Shown here: positions 11,677 to 23,698 of the stretch, in pieces
How the letters are laid out: each line of letters begins with the position of its first letter
Position numbering within the stretch: position 1 is the stretch's first letter
Assembly: GCA_964016885.1 (NCBI GenBank)
Contig: OZ024747.1
Coordinates: forward strand, 93,806,001-93,870,000
Length of the DNA stretch: 64,000 bases
Source of the DNA: Eledone cirrhosa
Lineage: Eukaryota
Reading direction: 5' to 3'
The notes under the pieces: generated by a model
Told to the model about the DNA's origin: nothing
The model's database searches: none
What the model saw: only the letters and a program-made list of their open reading frames with translations
Translations under genes and position numbers: made by a program

Positions 11677-14600
11677 TCATCATCATCATCATCATCATCA
11701 GGTTTAGCGTCCGTGTTCCACGCTTGCATGGGTTTGGACGGGGGTTTTCCCACTTGAGGCAAGAGTGGTTGTCTTGCTCGCATAGGACTGTCTGGCGGGT
11801 TTTCTACAGCTGGATGCCCTTCCTAACACCAACCACATTTACAGTGTGGGGCTGGGAGGTTTTTACCGTGTTGCCTACACGGCCACATTACAGCGTGGAC
11901 TGTCTGGCGGGTTTTCTACAGCTGGATGCCCTTCCTAAAACCAACCACATTTACAGTGTGGGGCTGGGAGGTTTTTACCGTGTTGCCTACACGGCCACAT
12001 TTACAGCGTGGACTGTGTGTTTTTTTTGTCGTGACACCTACACGATCTCATTTGTTTCGGCCTGGATGTTGTGGGACCAACATAACTTTACATTGAAAGG
12101 GGCAGTGTGGATGGGGTGGAGGAGGTGGGACAGGGGTGTGTTTTGATAGAGATGCCTACTGACTCTAGTAGGTTTTTACTTTGTGTTTAGGTAAGGCGGG
12201 TCTTCTCTATTACTGAGTACCGCCAAAGGTCTCGGTCCAGTGACATTGTCTTGGAGAGGTGTAAGCGTGTGAGGTCGGAATTTATCATGTCGTCCCAGGT
12301 TTTTCTGGGTCTGCCTACTCCTTGGCTACCGTCTATCTTTATTGCCCTGCACTTTGTTATACAACTGTCGTCTTTCATGCGCATCACGTGACCGTACCAA
12401 CGTAGCCTTCTCTCGAGTAAACAACATCTGATCCCTCTTATTTCTAATTTTTTTCTTAGTTCGTTTATGCTTTGCCGTTCACGTATATTACTATTGCACA
12501 TCCAGCGGAGCATGCAAGCTTCGTTCCTCTCTAGTCTGCTTATATCCTCTGCATACAATGCCCAGGTCTCACTGCCATGCAGCATTGCTGTTCGTATGCA
12601 GGCATCGTATAACCTGCCTTTCATTTTTGGGAGAACCCTCTAGCGGCTAATAGTGGTATAAGCTCTCTGAACTTTTTCCATCCAGTTCTGACTCTAGCTA
12701 CTGTACTTTCAGAGCACCCTCCCCCGCTGCTGATTTTGTCACCCAGGTAACGGAAGCTGTCCACTATTTCTATAGAACCCTCTGCGCAGTTGAAGGAGCT
12801 AGTATTTTGTGGGCACTTGCTGCTACTTATTGCACCAGAGCACCGGCCACATGTAAAATCTATGTTCTTAGTTAGCTTACCTGTGATCCCACTACATCTT
12901 TTATGCACCCATACTTTGCATTTGGGACATAAAATGGAGTTTCTACCTACGCCTTTCCTACACACTGAGCATGGCCATTTCCCAGAAGGGACCGCCACCT
13001 TATTTTCTTTCCTACAAACTAGAACTTTAGTCTTAGCCAGGTTAATTTTAAGGCCTTTTGATTCTAGGCCGTGCTTCCATGTTTGGAATTTCTTCTCTAG
13101 TTCGGTCATTGATTCAGCTATGAGCGTTAGATCATCTGCGTATAGGAGTTCCCATGGGCAGCCGGTCTTGAACTCCTCTGTTATAGCCTGAAGGGCAATA
13201 ATAAATAGTAGGGGGCTAAGAACAGAGCCCTGATGGACACCAACTTTTACGCTAAACTCTTCACTATATTCGTTGTTAATTCTAACCTTACTGACTGTTT
13301 CTTTATACATGGCTTGTATAGCTCTCACAAGCCATTCGTCAACACCTAGTTTTCTAAGAGACCACCAGATAATGGAACGGGGGACTCTGTCGAAGGCTTT
13401 CTCCAAGTCGACGAAAGCTAAGTATAGGGGTTTACTTTTAGCTAGGTACTTCTCCTGTAGTTGTCGTACAATGAAAAGAGCGTCTGTGGTACTTTTTCCT
13501 GACACAAACCCGAACTGCATTTCATCTAGATCAATTCGCTCTCTGATTAGTTGCGCTATTACTTTTTCCGTGACCTTCATGACCTGGTCGATTAATTTAA
13601 TGCCTCTATAGTTACTCCTATCTAGGGCATCTCCTTTTCCCTTATAGCAGTTAACGATGATGCTGCTACGCCAGTCCTTCGGAACAACCCCATTCTGTAC
13701 GACTTGGTTAACTATCCGGGTGACCATGGTGTGTCCCACTGAACCAGATGCCTTCAGCATCTCAGCAACTATTTCCGAAGGACCAGCCGCCTTACCCGTC
13801 TTCATATCTTTGATTGCCTTGCTTATTGTACTACCCTGGACTAACACTGCTGGTCCCTCTATTGGGTCGATGTGGGGGAGACTGTCTTTCTCCCATTTGT
13901 TCTCCTCATTTAGAAGCCTTTCGTAGTGACACTTCCAAGCTACCTTCTTATCAGCGTCGGTGATGGCAAGTATGCCATCATCGTTAAGGACACACTTCTC
14001 CCCGACAATATCACGGCTTTCCTTGACACATTGCCTGGCAATCCTGAACACCTCACGTTTTTGGTCCTCACGTTGTAGAACATGCTTGAACTTTCTTTCC
14101 TCTGCTTCCCTTCTTGCGAAGTACACTTGTCTCCTAGCTTCCCTCCTGGCCACTTGATAGTCTTCTCTACTTCCCCCATCCCGCCATACTTTCCAAGCCT
14201 GCTTTTTGGCCTTAATTGACTCCTCCACCTTACTGTTCCACCACCATGTTACTCTCCTCCTGCCTACAGGCCTGCTCCAGCCACAGACTTCGTCTGCCGC
14301 CGTCAGCAGGTTTGCTCTCAGGAATTCCCACTGTTCCTCTATATTATACGACTCTAATTGCTCTTCCTTACTGTCGAAAGCGTCAAGTAACATACTTTGA
14401 AATTTATTTCTGGCTATGGGGTCCTTTAGCTTCCATATTTTTCTCCTGAGGATAGTCCTCTTCCACTGTCTAGTACGTCTCGTCCTGACTATGAGGTCGC
14501 TAATTATCAGTCTATGTTGGGAGGTGAATTCTTCATGGGGGAGGGATTTAGTGTTAACAACAGACACTCTGTCACGTCTTCTGGTAAGGATATAATCTAC

Positions 14601-15800
14601 CTGGCTTGTGTGTTCCCCCGATCTATAGGTGATCAAGTGATTGTCTCGTTTTTTGAAGTTAGTGTTACAGATAGTTAAGTTATTTGCGTCGCAGAATTCC
14701 AGGATTCTGGAGCCTTCCTCATTTCTAGTACCAAACCCATAGCCTCCATGGATTCCGTCATAGCCGTCACAATGTTGTCCAACGTGACCATTTAGGTCGC
14801 CTGCAATAATTATATAGTCACTGTCGGTTATTTGGGAGGTAGCGAGCATCAGTGTCTCGTAGAATCTGTCTTTTATAGCGCCGGGCAGTCCGGATTGGGG
14901 TGCGTACGCAGATATTACTGTCACCGTAGTTTTATTGAGGACAAGTCTTATTTTAATTATTCTGTCGTTCACTCTATTTACGTCTATTATCTTATCTACC
15001 CACTTTTCTGCTACCATGATTCCTACCCCACCCAGAAAAGCTTATAGCATCGTTCTTTACCCACGATGAATCTAGCCGACCCTCCCCTCCACCTGGTCTC
15101 TTGAATACAACAAACATCGACCTCCTTACGTTCAAGCATTTCTACAACCTCGTTAGAGCGACCCTTTAAGGTGCCTACATTCATGGTACCAACTCTGAAG
15201 TTTTGGATTGCGTTTGGAGGGTGGGAGCGGTGGGGCGCGCGGGGGGGGGGGGGTTATGTTAGCCATCCTGGGCCGAAACAAGGAGGAGTGCTTGCATTCT
15301 CGTCCACGAGGTGAATTTGTCTTTATCTTTGGCATTGTCGCTGAGCGTCCACATTTTTCTCTCTTCAACTCTCCAGAATTCCGTAGTCCATCCATCATAT
15401 CGAAAAGCAACCAGTTAAGCGATAGTATGGGCCTCTGACTTATGATTGGTCCACGTAATAATGGTGGTGCGTGGGGGCGGGTGGGAGGGTGATGGGTTGT
15501 TAGCGAGAATGTAAGGTTTAAGATAAGATCGCCGTATTTTGGGCATAATTTAACAATAAACGAAAATACAAGATTTGTTTTGTTTAAGAAAATACGATAG
15601 AGAAAATGCGGTGATAGGGAAAATATGATTTTTAGAGAAAAAATATGATATAGAATGGTGAAAATATGATATAGTGTGAAATTAGGACATAGAATAGTGA
15701 TTGAATGAATGGATTCGAATGGAGAGAAGAATCGAGAAAAATATTTGAACGTTACTTTATACCGAAGGAACAGCCATCCCAGAAATAGCGAGTTGGCGAT
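11677..15800 (-). mobile_element. Full-length RTE family 2 copy, pseudogenised
   Basis: Near-identical to 40328-45274. It has a 22-bp deletion between CCCACCCA repeats near 15030, a 1-bp deletion near 12629 and a +1 shift in the C-tract near 15245. (GAT)n tail, (TA)n flanks. Confidence 0.95.
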
Positions 15801-15869
15801 ATATATATATATATTTATATATATATATATATATAAACACATATACATATATATATATATATATATAAA

Positions 15870-15912
<43 letters not shown>

Positions 15913-15921
15913 ACATATATA

Positions 15922-15958
<37 letters not shown>

Positions 15959-16117
15959 ACATATATATATATATATAAAAAGTAAGTCCTAGAATCATTA
16001 GATAAAATATATACAGTATTTCTTCTCCCAATCAGTTTAAATCAACCACACAAAAAATCATTTAAACGAGGCTATAAGTTTAAAACATACCTATGAAGAA
16101 ATAATAGATAAATAAAT

Positions 16118-16435
16118 CTGGATCGAGGGGACGGCAAAAGGCCAGATGGCATGACCATCTTCCCGCTCCGCGGTGGCAAACCCCTCGTCTGGGGTGCCAT
16201 CCGCACCAACACTTTCTGCAGCCGCAACCTGGTGCAGTCTGCGACTGACCCAGGTTCTGCTGCACGTCGGGCTGAGGGGGCCAAACTCCTCAAATAGTGG
16301 TCGCTCTCCGACAGGTTTGCGGTCGTACCCCTGGCAGTGGAGACTTCTGGTGTCCTCGGCCCCAGGGCTACCTCCTTACTCACCACCATAGGCGCTGAGT
16401 TGGCCAGCCGCAGGTGTGAGCTCCGCGAGATTACT
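16118..16435 (+). pseudogene. Fragment of a restriction-like endonuclease from a CRE-type non-LTR retrotransposon
   Basis: Manual translation DRGDGKRPDGMTIFP..GKPLVWG...AARRAEGAK..K*...FAVVPLAVETSGVLGP fits the RPD...PxAVETxG endonuclease pattern; one in-frame stop. Confidence 0.75.
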
Positions 16436-16439
16436 GTCT

Positions 16440-17265
16440 AGGAAAAAATAACACAGTAGTTTTATTTTTTCAGGTATATTTATCAAACTTGGGTCAGTTT
16501 GTCTTCATGACTTGTTCTTTCGATCTCACTCGATAAACCCGCCATTGGCTTTGATGACGGCCTCGGAACCGGCTACAGGCCTTCGTCACTGTCCTCCGAC
16601 TTAGGCCCCTATAGGCACTTGTGATCCTGGCCTTCAGATCATCTTTCGTATTGCAGCTAGATCTGTTGGGGTCTCGTTCCACTGTGCCCCACACAAAGAA
16701 GTCAAGGGGGTTGCAGTCAGGCGAGCTGGGAGGCCAGATGTCAGGTGAAGTGTGGTCGACGAAGTTCTCTGACAGCCAGGCTTGGGTCTTTCGGCTGGTA
16801 TGGCAGGGCGCTGAGTCTTGCTGCCACATGTACAGCCTACCTGCAGCTACCTGGTTGATCCAGGGCTTTACTACCTCGCTCAGAACGCAGATGTAGCCAT
16901 CGGTGTTCAACTTGAGGCCCTCAGGGAAGAAGTGAGGTGGCATTACGACACCCAAGACCAATGTTGTCGCTGGAAACTTTGTCTGCATGACTCTGGGCAC
17001 ATCTTTGGATGAGACAGCGAGCCACCTGTTGTTCTGGGAGTTGATCTTCTGGTCCTTATTTGACCTCCCGGCGCGGATTCCAAGAAGAACTCCGTGTCTC
17101 TTCCACAAATTTGGAGTTTCAAAATAATTCCTAATCAATTATTCTGAATATAAATAATGGAAATATAGTCACTGTTTTTATGAAGACAAGAGTGACAACG
17201 GAAGTAAAAAAAATTTGCATAAAATTAGCAGTTGAAAATTGCGACCAAATATCGTCCGCACACTG
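16440..17265 (-). mobile_element. Internally deleted Tc1/mariner-superfamily transposon, DD37D (maT-like)
   Basis: ORF 16494-17138 has WQQDSAPCH and WPPSSPDCNPLDFFVWG with 37 residues between the two Asp. One terminus TA|CAGTGTGCGGACGATATTTGG is at 17265; the other was not found. Confidence 0.88.
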
Positions 17266-17267
17266 TA

Positions 17268-17604
17268 TCATCATCATTTCATTTTACGTCCACTTTTTCT
17301 ATGCTTGAAAGGGTGGGACAGGAACTGATTCTGGCTTGATTTCTACAGCTGGATGCCCTTCCTAACACCATCCTCATTTACAGTGAGTGCTGGGTGCTTT
17401 TTTGCCGTGGCACCTCCACGACCACTTTGCAGTGGAATGATAGGGACCCCTGTCCTAACATCTCATTTCTACAGCTGAGTAAACTGGAGCAATGTGAAAT
17501 AAAGTGTCTTGCTCATAGAAACAACACATCACCCGGTCTGAGAATTGAACTCACAACCTTTCGATTGCAAGGCCAATGCTCTAACCACTAAGCCATGTGC
17601 CTCC
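17268..17604 (-). mobile_element. Full-length tRNA-derived SINE (family A) with CORE-like centre and RTE tail
   Basis: A box TGGCTTAGTGG, B box GAGTTCAATTC, centre TGAGCAAGACACTTTATTTCACATTGCTCCAG, and an (ATG)n tail. Confidence 0.88.
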
Positions 17605-17690
17605 TTTATATATATATATATTGTTATACTTGGGGAGGGTCATATTTCAAAGAGTTTTGTAATTATAGGAGTCTAAAAAGCATAACATAC

Positions 17691-17821
17691 CACTTTATAT
17701 GAAGTTTCAGGACTCATCGTTAGATCAACAAAGGTCCAATGGAGGAATGAGGTGAAGGGGGTAGAAAACCACACTGATGGTTCAGTGTCTTCCAGTAGTT
17801 GTACCAGTGATATGACACTCC
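17691..17821 (-). CDS. MEI1: MEI1 coding exon 18
   Basis: cacag and gtatgt, 131 nt, phase 1/0, open frame SVISLVQLLEDTEPSVWF...SYKV. Confidence 0.8.
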
Positions 17822-17844
17822 CTGTGATGACAACAACAGTTTAT

Positions 17845-18197
17845 TAGTGGTGGTGGTGGTGGTGGTGGTGATTAGTTGTGATGGCAATAGTTGTAGTGGT
17901 GGTGGTGGTGGTGGTGGTGATGGTGGTAGTAGTGGTAGTAGTAGTAGTAGTGGTGGTGGTAGTGGTAGTGGTGATGGCAATAGTTGTAGTGGTGGTGGTG
18001 GTGGTGGTGGTGGTAGTGGTGGTAGTAGTAGTAGTGGTGGTAGCGGTTAGTTGTGGTGGCAATAGTTGTAATGGTGGTGGTGGTGGTGGTAGTGGTAGTG
18101 GTAGTGGTGGTAGTGGTAGTAGTAGTGGTGGTGGTAGTGGTGGTAATAGTTGTAGTGGTGGTGGCAATAGTTGTAGTGGTGGTAGTGGTGGTGTTGA
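17845..18197. repeat. (GGT/AGT)n compound microsatellite
   Basis: Visible trinucleotide runs. Similar blocks lie at 19845-20365 and 36510-36780. Confidence 0.95.
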
Positions 18198-18233
18198 TGT
18201 AGATAAGTCGAAGGCATAAATATAGAAACTCAC

Positions 18234-18282
18234 GTCTGCTCAGGATACATCTCGGCCCAGGGTGGGATTTCTTGGAGCCCCA
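18234..18282 (-). CDS. MEI1: MEI1 coding exon 17 (WGSKKSHPGPRCILSR)
   Basis: ttttcag and gtgagt, 49 nt, phase 0/1. Needed to keep the frame between exons 16 and 18. Confidence 0.8.
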
Positions 18283-18368
18283 CTGAAAATGAAAGAGAAG
18301 GATTAGAAAGACCTTAGGGGTTTCTGCGACTTTAGGAGTTACTGTCAAAGACTTTAGGGGTTACTTAC

Positions 18369-18480
18369 AGCCAGAAGGTAGGTCAATGACTTCAATATAT
18401 AATTAGGGAGCAGTTTTAACAAGATATGACAGGATATGAAGAATTCCAAGATGTCGAATAATATTTTCACCGAGAGACAC
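18369..18480 (-). CDS. MEI1: MEI1 coding exon 16
   Basis: ttttcag and gtaagt, 112 nt, phase 2/0. ILKSLTYLLA resembles vertebrate VFKASIYLLA. Confidence 0.85.
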
Positions 18481-18526
18481 CTGAAAAATAGAAAATTGAA
18501 GTCAACGATGTGAAATAAAGTGTCTT

Positions 18527-19614
18527 GATGTGTTGTTTCCGTGAGCAAGACACTTTATTTCACATTGCTCCAGTTTACTCAGCTGTAAATGAGATGATAG
18601 GGACTGGGGTCCCTATCATTCCACTGCAAAATGGACGTGGAGGTGCCACGGCAAAAAAGCACCCAGCACTCACTGTAAAGTGGTCGTGGAGGTGCCATGG
18701 CAAAAAAGCACCCAGCACTCACTGTAAAGTGGTCGTGGAGGTGCCACGACAAAAAAGCACCCAGCACTCACTGTAAAGTGGTCGTGGAGGTGCCACAGCA
18801 AAAAAGCACCCAGCACTCACTGTAAAGTGGTCGTGGAGGTGCCATGGCAAAAAAGCACCCAGCACTCACTGTAAAGTGGTCGTGGAGGTGCCACGACGAA
18901 AAAGCACCCAGCCCTTACTGTAAAGTGGTCGTGGAGGTGCCACGACAAAAGAGCACCCAGCACTCACTGTAAAGTGGTCGTGGAGGTGGCACGGCAAAAA
19001 AGCACCCAGCACTCACTGTAAAGTGGTCGTGGAGGTGCCACGACAAAAAAAGCACCCAGCACTCACTGTAAAGTGGTCGTGGAGGTGTCACGACAAAAAA
19101 GCACCCAGCACTCACTGTAAAGTGGTCGTGGAGGTGCCACGGCAAAAAAGCACCCAACACTCACTGTAAAGTGGTCGTGGAGGTGCCACGGCAAAAAAGC
19201 ACCCAGCACTCACTGTAAAGTGGTCGTGGAGGTGTCACGACAAAAAAGCACCCAGCACTCACTGTAAAGTGGTCGTGGAGGTGCCACGGCAAAAAAGCAC
19301 CCAACACTCACTGTAAAGTGGTCGTGGAGGTGCCACGGCAAAAAAGCACCCAGCACTCACTGTAAAGTGGTCGTGGAGGTGCCACAGCAAAAAAGCACCC
19401 AGCACTCACTGTAAAGTGGTCGTGGAGGTGCCATGGCAAAAAAGCACCCAGCACTCACTCTAAAGTGGTCGTGGAGGTGCCACGACAAAAAAGCACCCAG
19501 CACTCACTGTAAATGAGGTTGGTGTTAGGAAGGGCATCCAGCTGTAGAAATCAAGCCAGAATCAGTTCTCGTCCCACCTTTGCAAGCAGGGAAAAGCGGA
19601 CGTAAAAATGATGA

Positions 19615-19619
<5 letters not shown>
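18527..19619 (+). mobile_element. 5'-truncated SINE A with an internal 49-bp unit amplified about 18 times
   Basis: Unit GTGGTCGTGGAGGTGCCACGGCAAAAAAGCACCCAGCACTCACTGTAAA with 49-bp period (18680, 18729, 18778), followed by a normal SINE tail. Confidence 0.92.
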
Positions 19620-19669
<50 letters not shown>

Positions 19670-19730
19670 CATATATATCTATGTATATATATATATATAC
19701 AGCGAGAAAGAAGACTCACATATTACTTAC

Positions 19731-19833
19731 TCGTAGTTGTTCTTGTAGCAGAAATACAGCAAAGATACTAGAAACTCCCGCTGGCCATCTTCGGTGGTAC
19801 GAACGAACTCTTCCTTTATGTCACGTAAACAGC
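19731..19833 (-). CDS. MEI1: MEI1 coding exon 15
   Basis: cttcag and gtaagt, 103 nt, phase 1/2. QREFLVSLLYFCY resembles vertebrate QYCILLLFYLAY. Confidence 0.85.
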
Positions 19834-20127
19834 CTGAAGAATTGATGATGGTGATGGTGATGGTGGTGGTGGTGATGATGGTGGTGGTGGTGATGATGGT
19901 GGTGGTGGTGATGGTGGTGATGGTGATGATGGTGGTGGTGGTGGCGGTGATGGTGGTGGTGGTGATGGTGGTGGTAGTCTTAGTAGTGTATGCGGTAGTA
20001 TAGGTAGTAGTAGTAGTAGTAGTAGCAGTAGTAGCAGTAGCAGTAGTAGTAGTAGCAGTAGCATAGTAGTAGTAGTAGCAGCAGTAGTAGTAGCAGCAGT
20101 AACAGTAACAGTAGCAGTAGTAGTAGT

Positions 20128-20159
<32 letters not shown>

Positions 20160-20381
20160 TAGTAGCAGTTGTAGTAGCAGTAGCAGTAGTAGCAGCAGTA
20201 GCAGTAGTGTAGGCAGCAGTAGTAGCAACAGTAACAGTAGTAGCAGTAGTAGTAGCAGTAGTAGTAACAGTAGTAGTAGCAGCAGTAACAGTAGCAGCAG
20301 TAACAGTAGCAGCAGTAGTAGTAGCAGTAGCAGTAACAGTAGTAGTAGCAGTAGTAGTAGTGTAGGCAGCAGTATACTCAC

Positions 20382-20506
20382 AGAAACAGTTTCGAAGGCC
20401 AGCTGCGATGCTGTCTGGCAGAGATGTACTGTGATAATGGTGAAACAGATGCTGGTAGAGGTTCTGGTAGAACTGACAGAGCTGCTCTGTCAGGGGTTTG
20501 TCATAT
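20382..20506 (-). CDS. MEI1: MEI1 coding exon 14
   Basis: ttccag and gtgagt, 125 nt, phase 2/1, open frame YDKPLTEQLCQFYQNLYQHLF... Confidence 0.82.
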
Positions 20507-20599
20507 CTGGAATGGAGGACACAGGGAGTTTACTCTATCATCATCATCATTTAACGTCCATCTTCCACACTAGGACGGGTTTGGACGAGGCAAGGTTGG

Positions 20600-21200
20600 T
20601 AATAATTGTTTCTACTTTGGGGGGCACAAGGCCAGCAATTACTTCAGTGTATTACTGGTACTTTATTTTATCGACCCCGTAATAACTGTTTCTACTTTTG
20701 GGGGCACAAGGACAGCAATTAGCCCAGTGTATTACTGGTACTTTATTTTACTGACCCCGTAATAATTGTTTCTACTTTTGGCACAAGGCCAGCAATTACC
20801 CCAGTGTATTACTGGTACTTTATTTTATCGACCCCGTAATAACTGTTTCTACTTTTGGGGGCACAAGGCCAACAATTACCCCAGTGTATTACTGGTACTT
20901 TATTTGATCGACCTCCATAATAACTGTTTCTACTTTTGGGGACACAAGGCCAGCAATTACCCCAGTGTATTACTGGTACTTTATTTTATCGACCCCGTAA
21001 TAAATGTTTCTACTTTTGGGGGAACAAGGCCAGCAATTACACAGTGCATTACTGGTACTTTTTTTTTTATTGACCCCCGATATGGATGAAAGGCAAAGTT
21101 AACCTCGGCGAGATTTGAACTCAGACCGTAAAGGGACGTAACTCTGTGCTGGAAAGCATGGCGTCCGACTCTCTACTGATTACTGCCAATCCACCGCTGC
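20600..21200 (-). mobile_element. SINE family B with its 3' ~80 bp repeated about 6 times
   Basis: B box GAGTTCAAATC and centre AACTTTGCCTTTCATCC...GGTCGATAAAATAAAGTACCAGT. An unexpanded copy is at 49076-49250. Confidence 0.8.
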
Positions 21201-21600
21201 CCTATATTTGTTTAATAACATCTGGTCGAGCGTTTTTATTCGGTTTGCGGAAAGGAATTTATTCCTTAGTTCAAAATTTGAATTTTGACCGCCAGAAACG
21301 GGGGGTGGGGGTGGGGTGGGTTATACCTCTCTTCGGGAAAACCATGTGACCGCCAGCAGTGTTTACTGCTAAAATTCACAACCGGCAGCGGCAGAGAATG
21401 GAAACCTGTTGAGAGAAAGTGAATGCTCTGTTCGATCTTCCAAAACTTGCAGTGGACTTTGTTGATTTCGGATTCACAGAAACCTAGCGGAGATATTGCA
21501 TAATATCGACGCGGTGGTCAATGAAAGCAGATTTGTCAAATAATCCCGAGTCAGTTTTCTCATTGCTTTGGTCCTTGCGGAGATGAGAGAGAGAGAGAAG

Positions 21601-22172
21601 GTGTGGACTAGGTACTTTCTGTTGTGTCACCTACATGACCACTTTACAGTGTGGACTGGGTACTTTTTGTTGTGACACCTACATGACCACTTTACAGTGT
21701 GGACTGGATACTTTTTGTTGTGACACCTACATGACCACTTTACAGTGGACTGGGTGCTTTTTGCCATGACACCTACATGACCACTTTACAGTGTGGACTG
21801 GGTACTGTTTGTTGTGTCACCTACATGACCACTTTACAGTGTGGACTGGGTGCTTTTTGCCATGACACCTACATGACCACTTTACAGTGTGGACTGGGTA
21901 CTGTTTGTTGTGACACCTACATGACCACTTTATAGTGTGGATGGGTACTGTTTGTTGTGTCACCTACATGACCACTTTACAGTGTGGACTGGGTGCTTTT
22001 TGCTGTGACACCTACATGACCACTTTACAGTGTGGACTGGGTACTTTCTGTTGTGTCACCTACATGACCACTTTACAGTCTGGACTGGGTACTTTTTGTT
22101 GTGACATCTACATGACCACTTTACAGTGTGGACTGGGTGCTTTTTGTCGTGACACCTACACGACCACTTTAC
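21601..22172 (-). repeat. 48-bp minisatellite (about 12 copies) derived from an RTE 3' UTR
   Basis: Unit GTGTGGACTGGGTACTTTTTGTTGTGACACCTACATGACCACTTTACA is the reverse complement of the repeat inside the RTE 3' UTR at 35630-35935. Confidence 0.9.
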
Positions 22173-22224
22173 AGAGAGAGAGACACAGAGTGAGAGGAAG
22201 AGAGAGAGAGAGAAAAAGACTTAC

Positions 22225-22388
22225 CTAAATTTACATTTGAGTTGTAACATCAACATGAGGAAGCCTGAAGCTGTTAATTTAATGGTCTGGGGTGTGATAT
22301 CGGGAGTGTATCTGATCTTGTAGAGGTGGTTAAGGAAGGAGAAATACTTGAGGTAGAGTCGACTGTCATTAGAATTCTCTCCAATTGC
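22225..22388 (-). CDS. MEI1: MEI1 coding exon 13
   Basis: tacag and gtaagt, 164 nt, phase 0/2. KLTASGFLMLMLQLKCKF resembles vertebrate KLASSSFIRLTLELKARF. Confidence 0.9.
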
Positions 22389-22499
22389 CTGTATATAATA
22401 TATGGTGGGGTGGAAGATAAAATGAAATCATGCTACATTAGATATACAACAATTGTTTCTACTTTTGGCACAAAGCCAGCAATTAACCCAGTGTATAAA

Positions 22500-23620
22500 T
22501 ATGGTAATGAAAGGGTTAAAGTGTTTATATTTTTATAAGAACCCTTGTTAAGTTATGTTCCAGTAGAAACATGGTAATGAAAGGGTTAAAGTGTTTATAT
22601 TTTTATAAGAACCTTTGTTAAGTTATGTTCCAGTAGAAACATGGTAATGAAAGGGTTAAAGTGTTTATATTTATCTAAAATCGTTCCATCATAATTTTAT
22701 GTAAAAACCTCTGTTAAGTTATGTTCCATTAGAAATATGGTAATGAAAGGGTTAAAGTATTTATATTTATTTGAATACTTTCCGATTATAATTTTATGTA
22801 AGAACCTTTGTTAAGTTATGTTCCATTAGAAATATGGTAATGAAAGGGTTAAAGTGTTTATATTTATCTAAAATCGTTCCATCATAATTTTAAGTAAAAA
22901 CCTCTGTTAAGTTATGTTCCATTAGAAATATGGTAATGAAAGGGTTAAAGTGTTTATATTTATCTAAAAACCTTCCAACATAATTTTATGTAAGAACCTT
23001 TGTTAACTTATGTTACATTAGAAATATGGCAATGAAAGGGTTAAAGTGTTTATATTTATCTAAAACCTTCCAACATAATTTTATGTAAGAACCTTTGTTA
23101 AGTTATGTTCCATTAGAAATATTGTAATGAAAGGGTGAAAGTGTTTATATTTATCTAAAAACCTTCCAACATAATTTTATGTAAGAACCTTTGTTAAGTT
23201 ATGTTCCATTAGAAATATGGTAATGAAAGGGTTAAAGTGTTTATATTTATCTAAAAACCTTCCAACATAATTTTATGTAAGAACCTTTGTTAAGTTATGT
23301 TCCATTAGAAATATTGTAATGAAAGGGTGAAAGTGTTTATATTTATCTAAAAACCTTCCAACATAATTTTATGTAAGAACCTTTGTTAAGTTATGTTCCA
23401 TTAGAAATATGGTAATGAAAGGGTTAAAGTGTTTATATTTATCTAAAAACCTTCCAACATAATTTTATGTAAGAACCTTTGTTAAGTTATGTTCCATTAG
23501 AAATATGGTAATGAAAGGGTTAAAGTGTTTATATTTATCTCAAAACCTTCCATCATAATTTTATGTAAGAACCTCTGTTAAGTTATGTTCCATTAGAAAT
23601 ATGGTAATGAAAGGGTTAAA
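22500..23620 (+). repeat. 96-bp (and 60-bp) satellite containing AAAGGGTTAA, a piggyBac-like MITE end
   Basis: Period 96 (23221, 23317, 23413). The same family recurs at 33580-33970 (minus) and 47762-48075 (plus). Confidence 0.88.
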
Positions 23621-23698
23621 CTAAGGGTATGCTACATGTGACTGTAAAGAAAGGGAACATGTAAAACGGGGCTAGTAAAAGTATCAAAACATCATCTC

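Noticed and set aside
8259-11783. YI/HT/CV-rich ORFs
   Set aside because: Translations of (TA)n and (CA)n microsatellites joined to RTE fragments.
18630-19512. CRISPR-like regular array
   Set aside because: Units are contiguous with no unique spacers, derive from a SINE, and have no cas genes in a eukaryotic intron.
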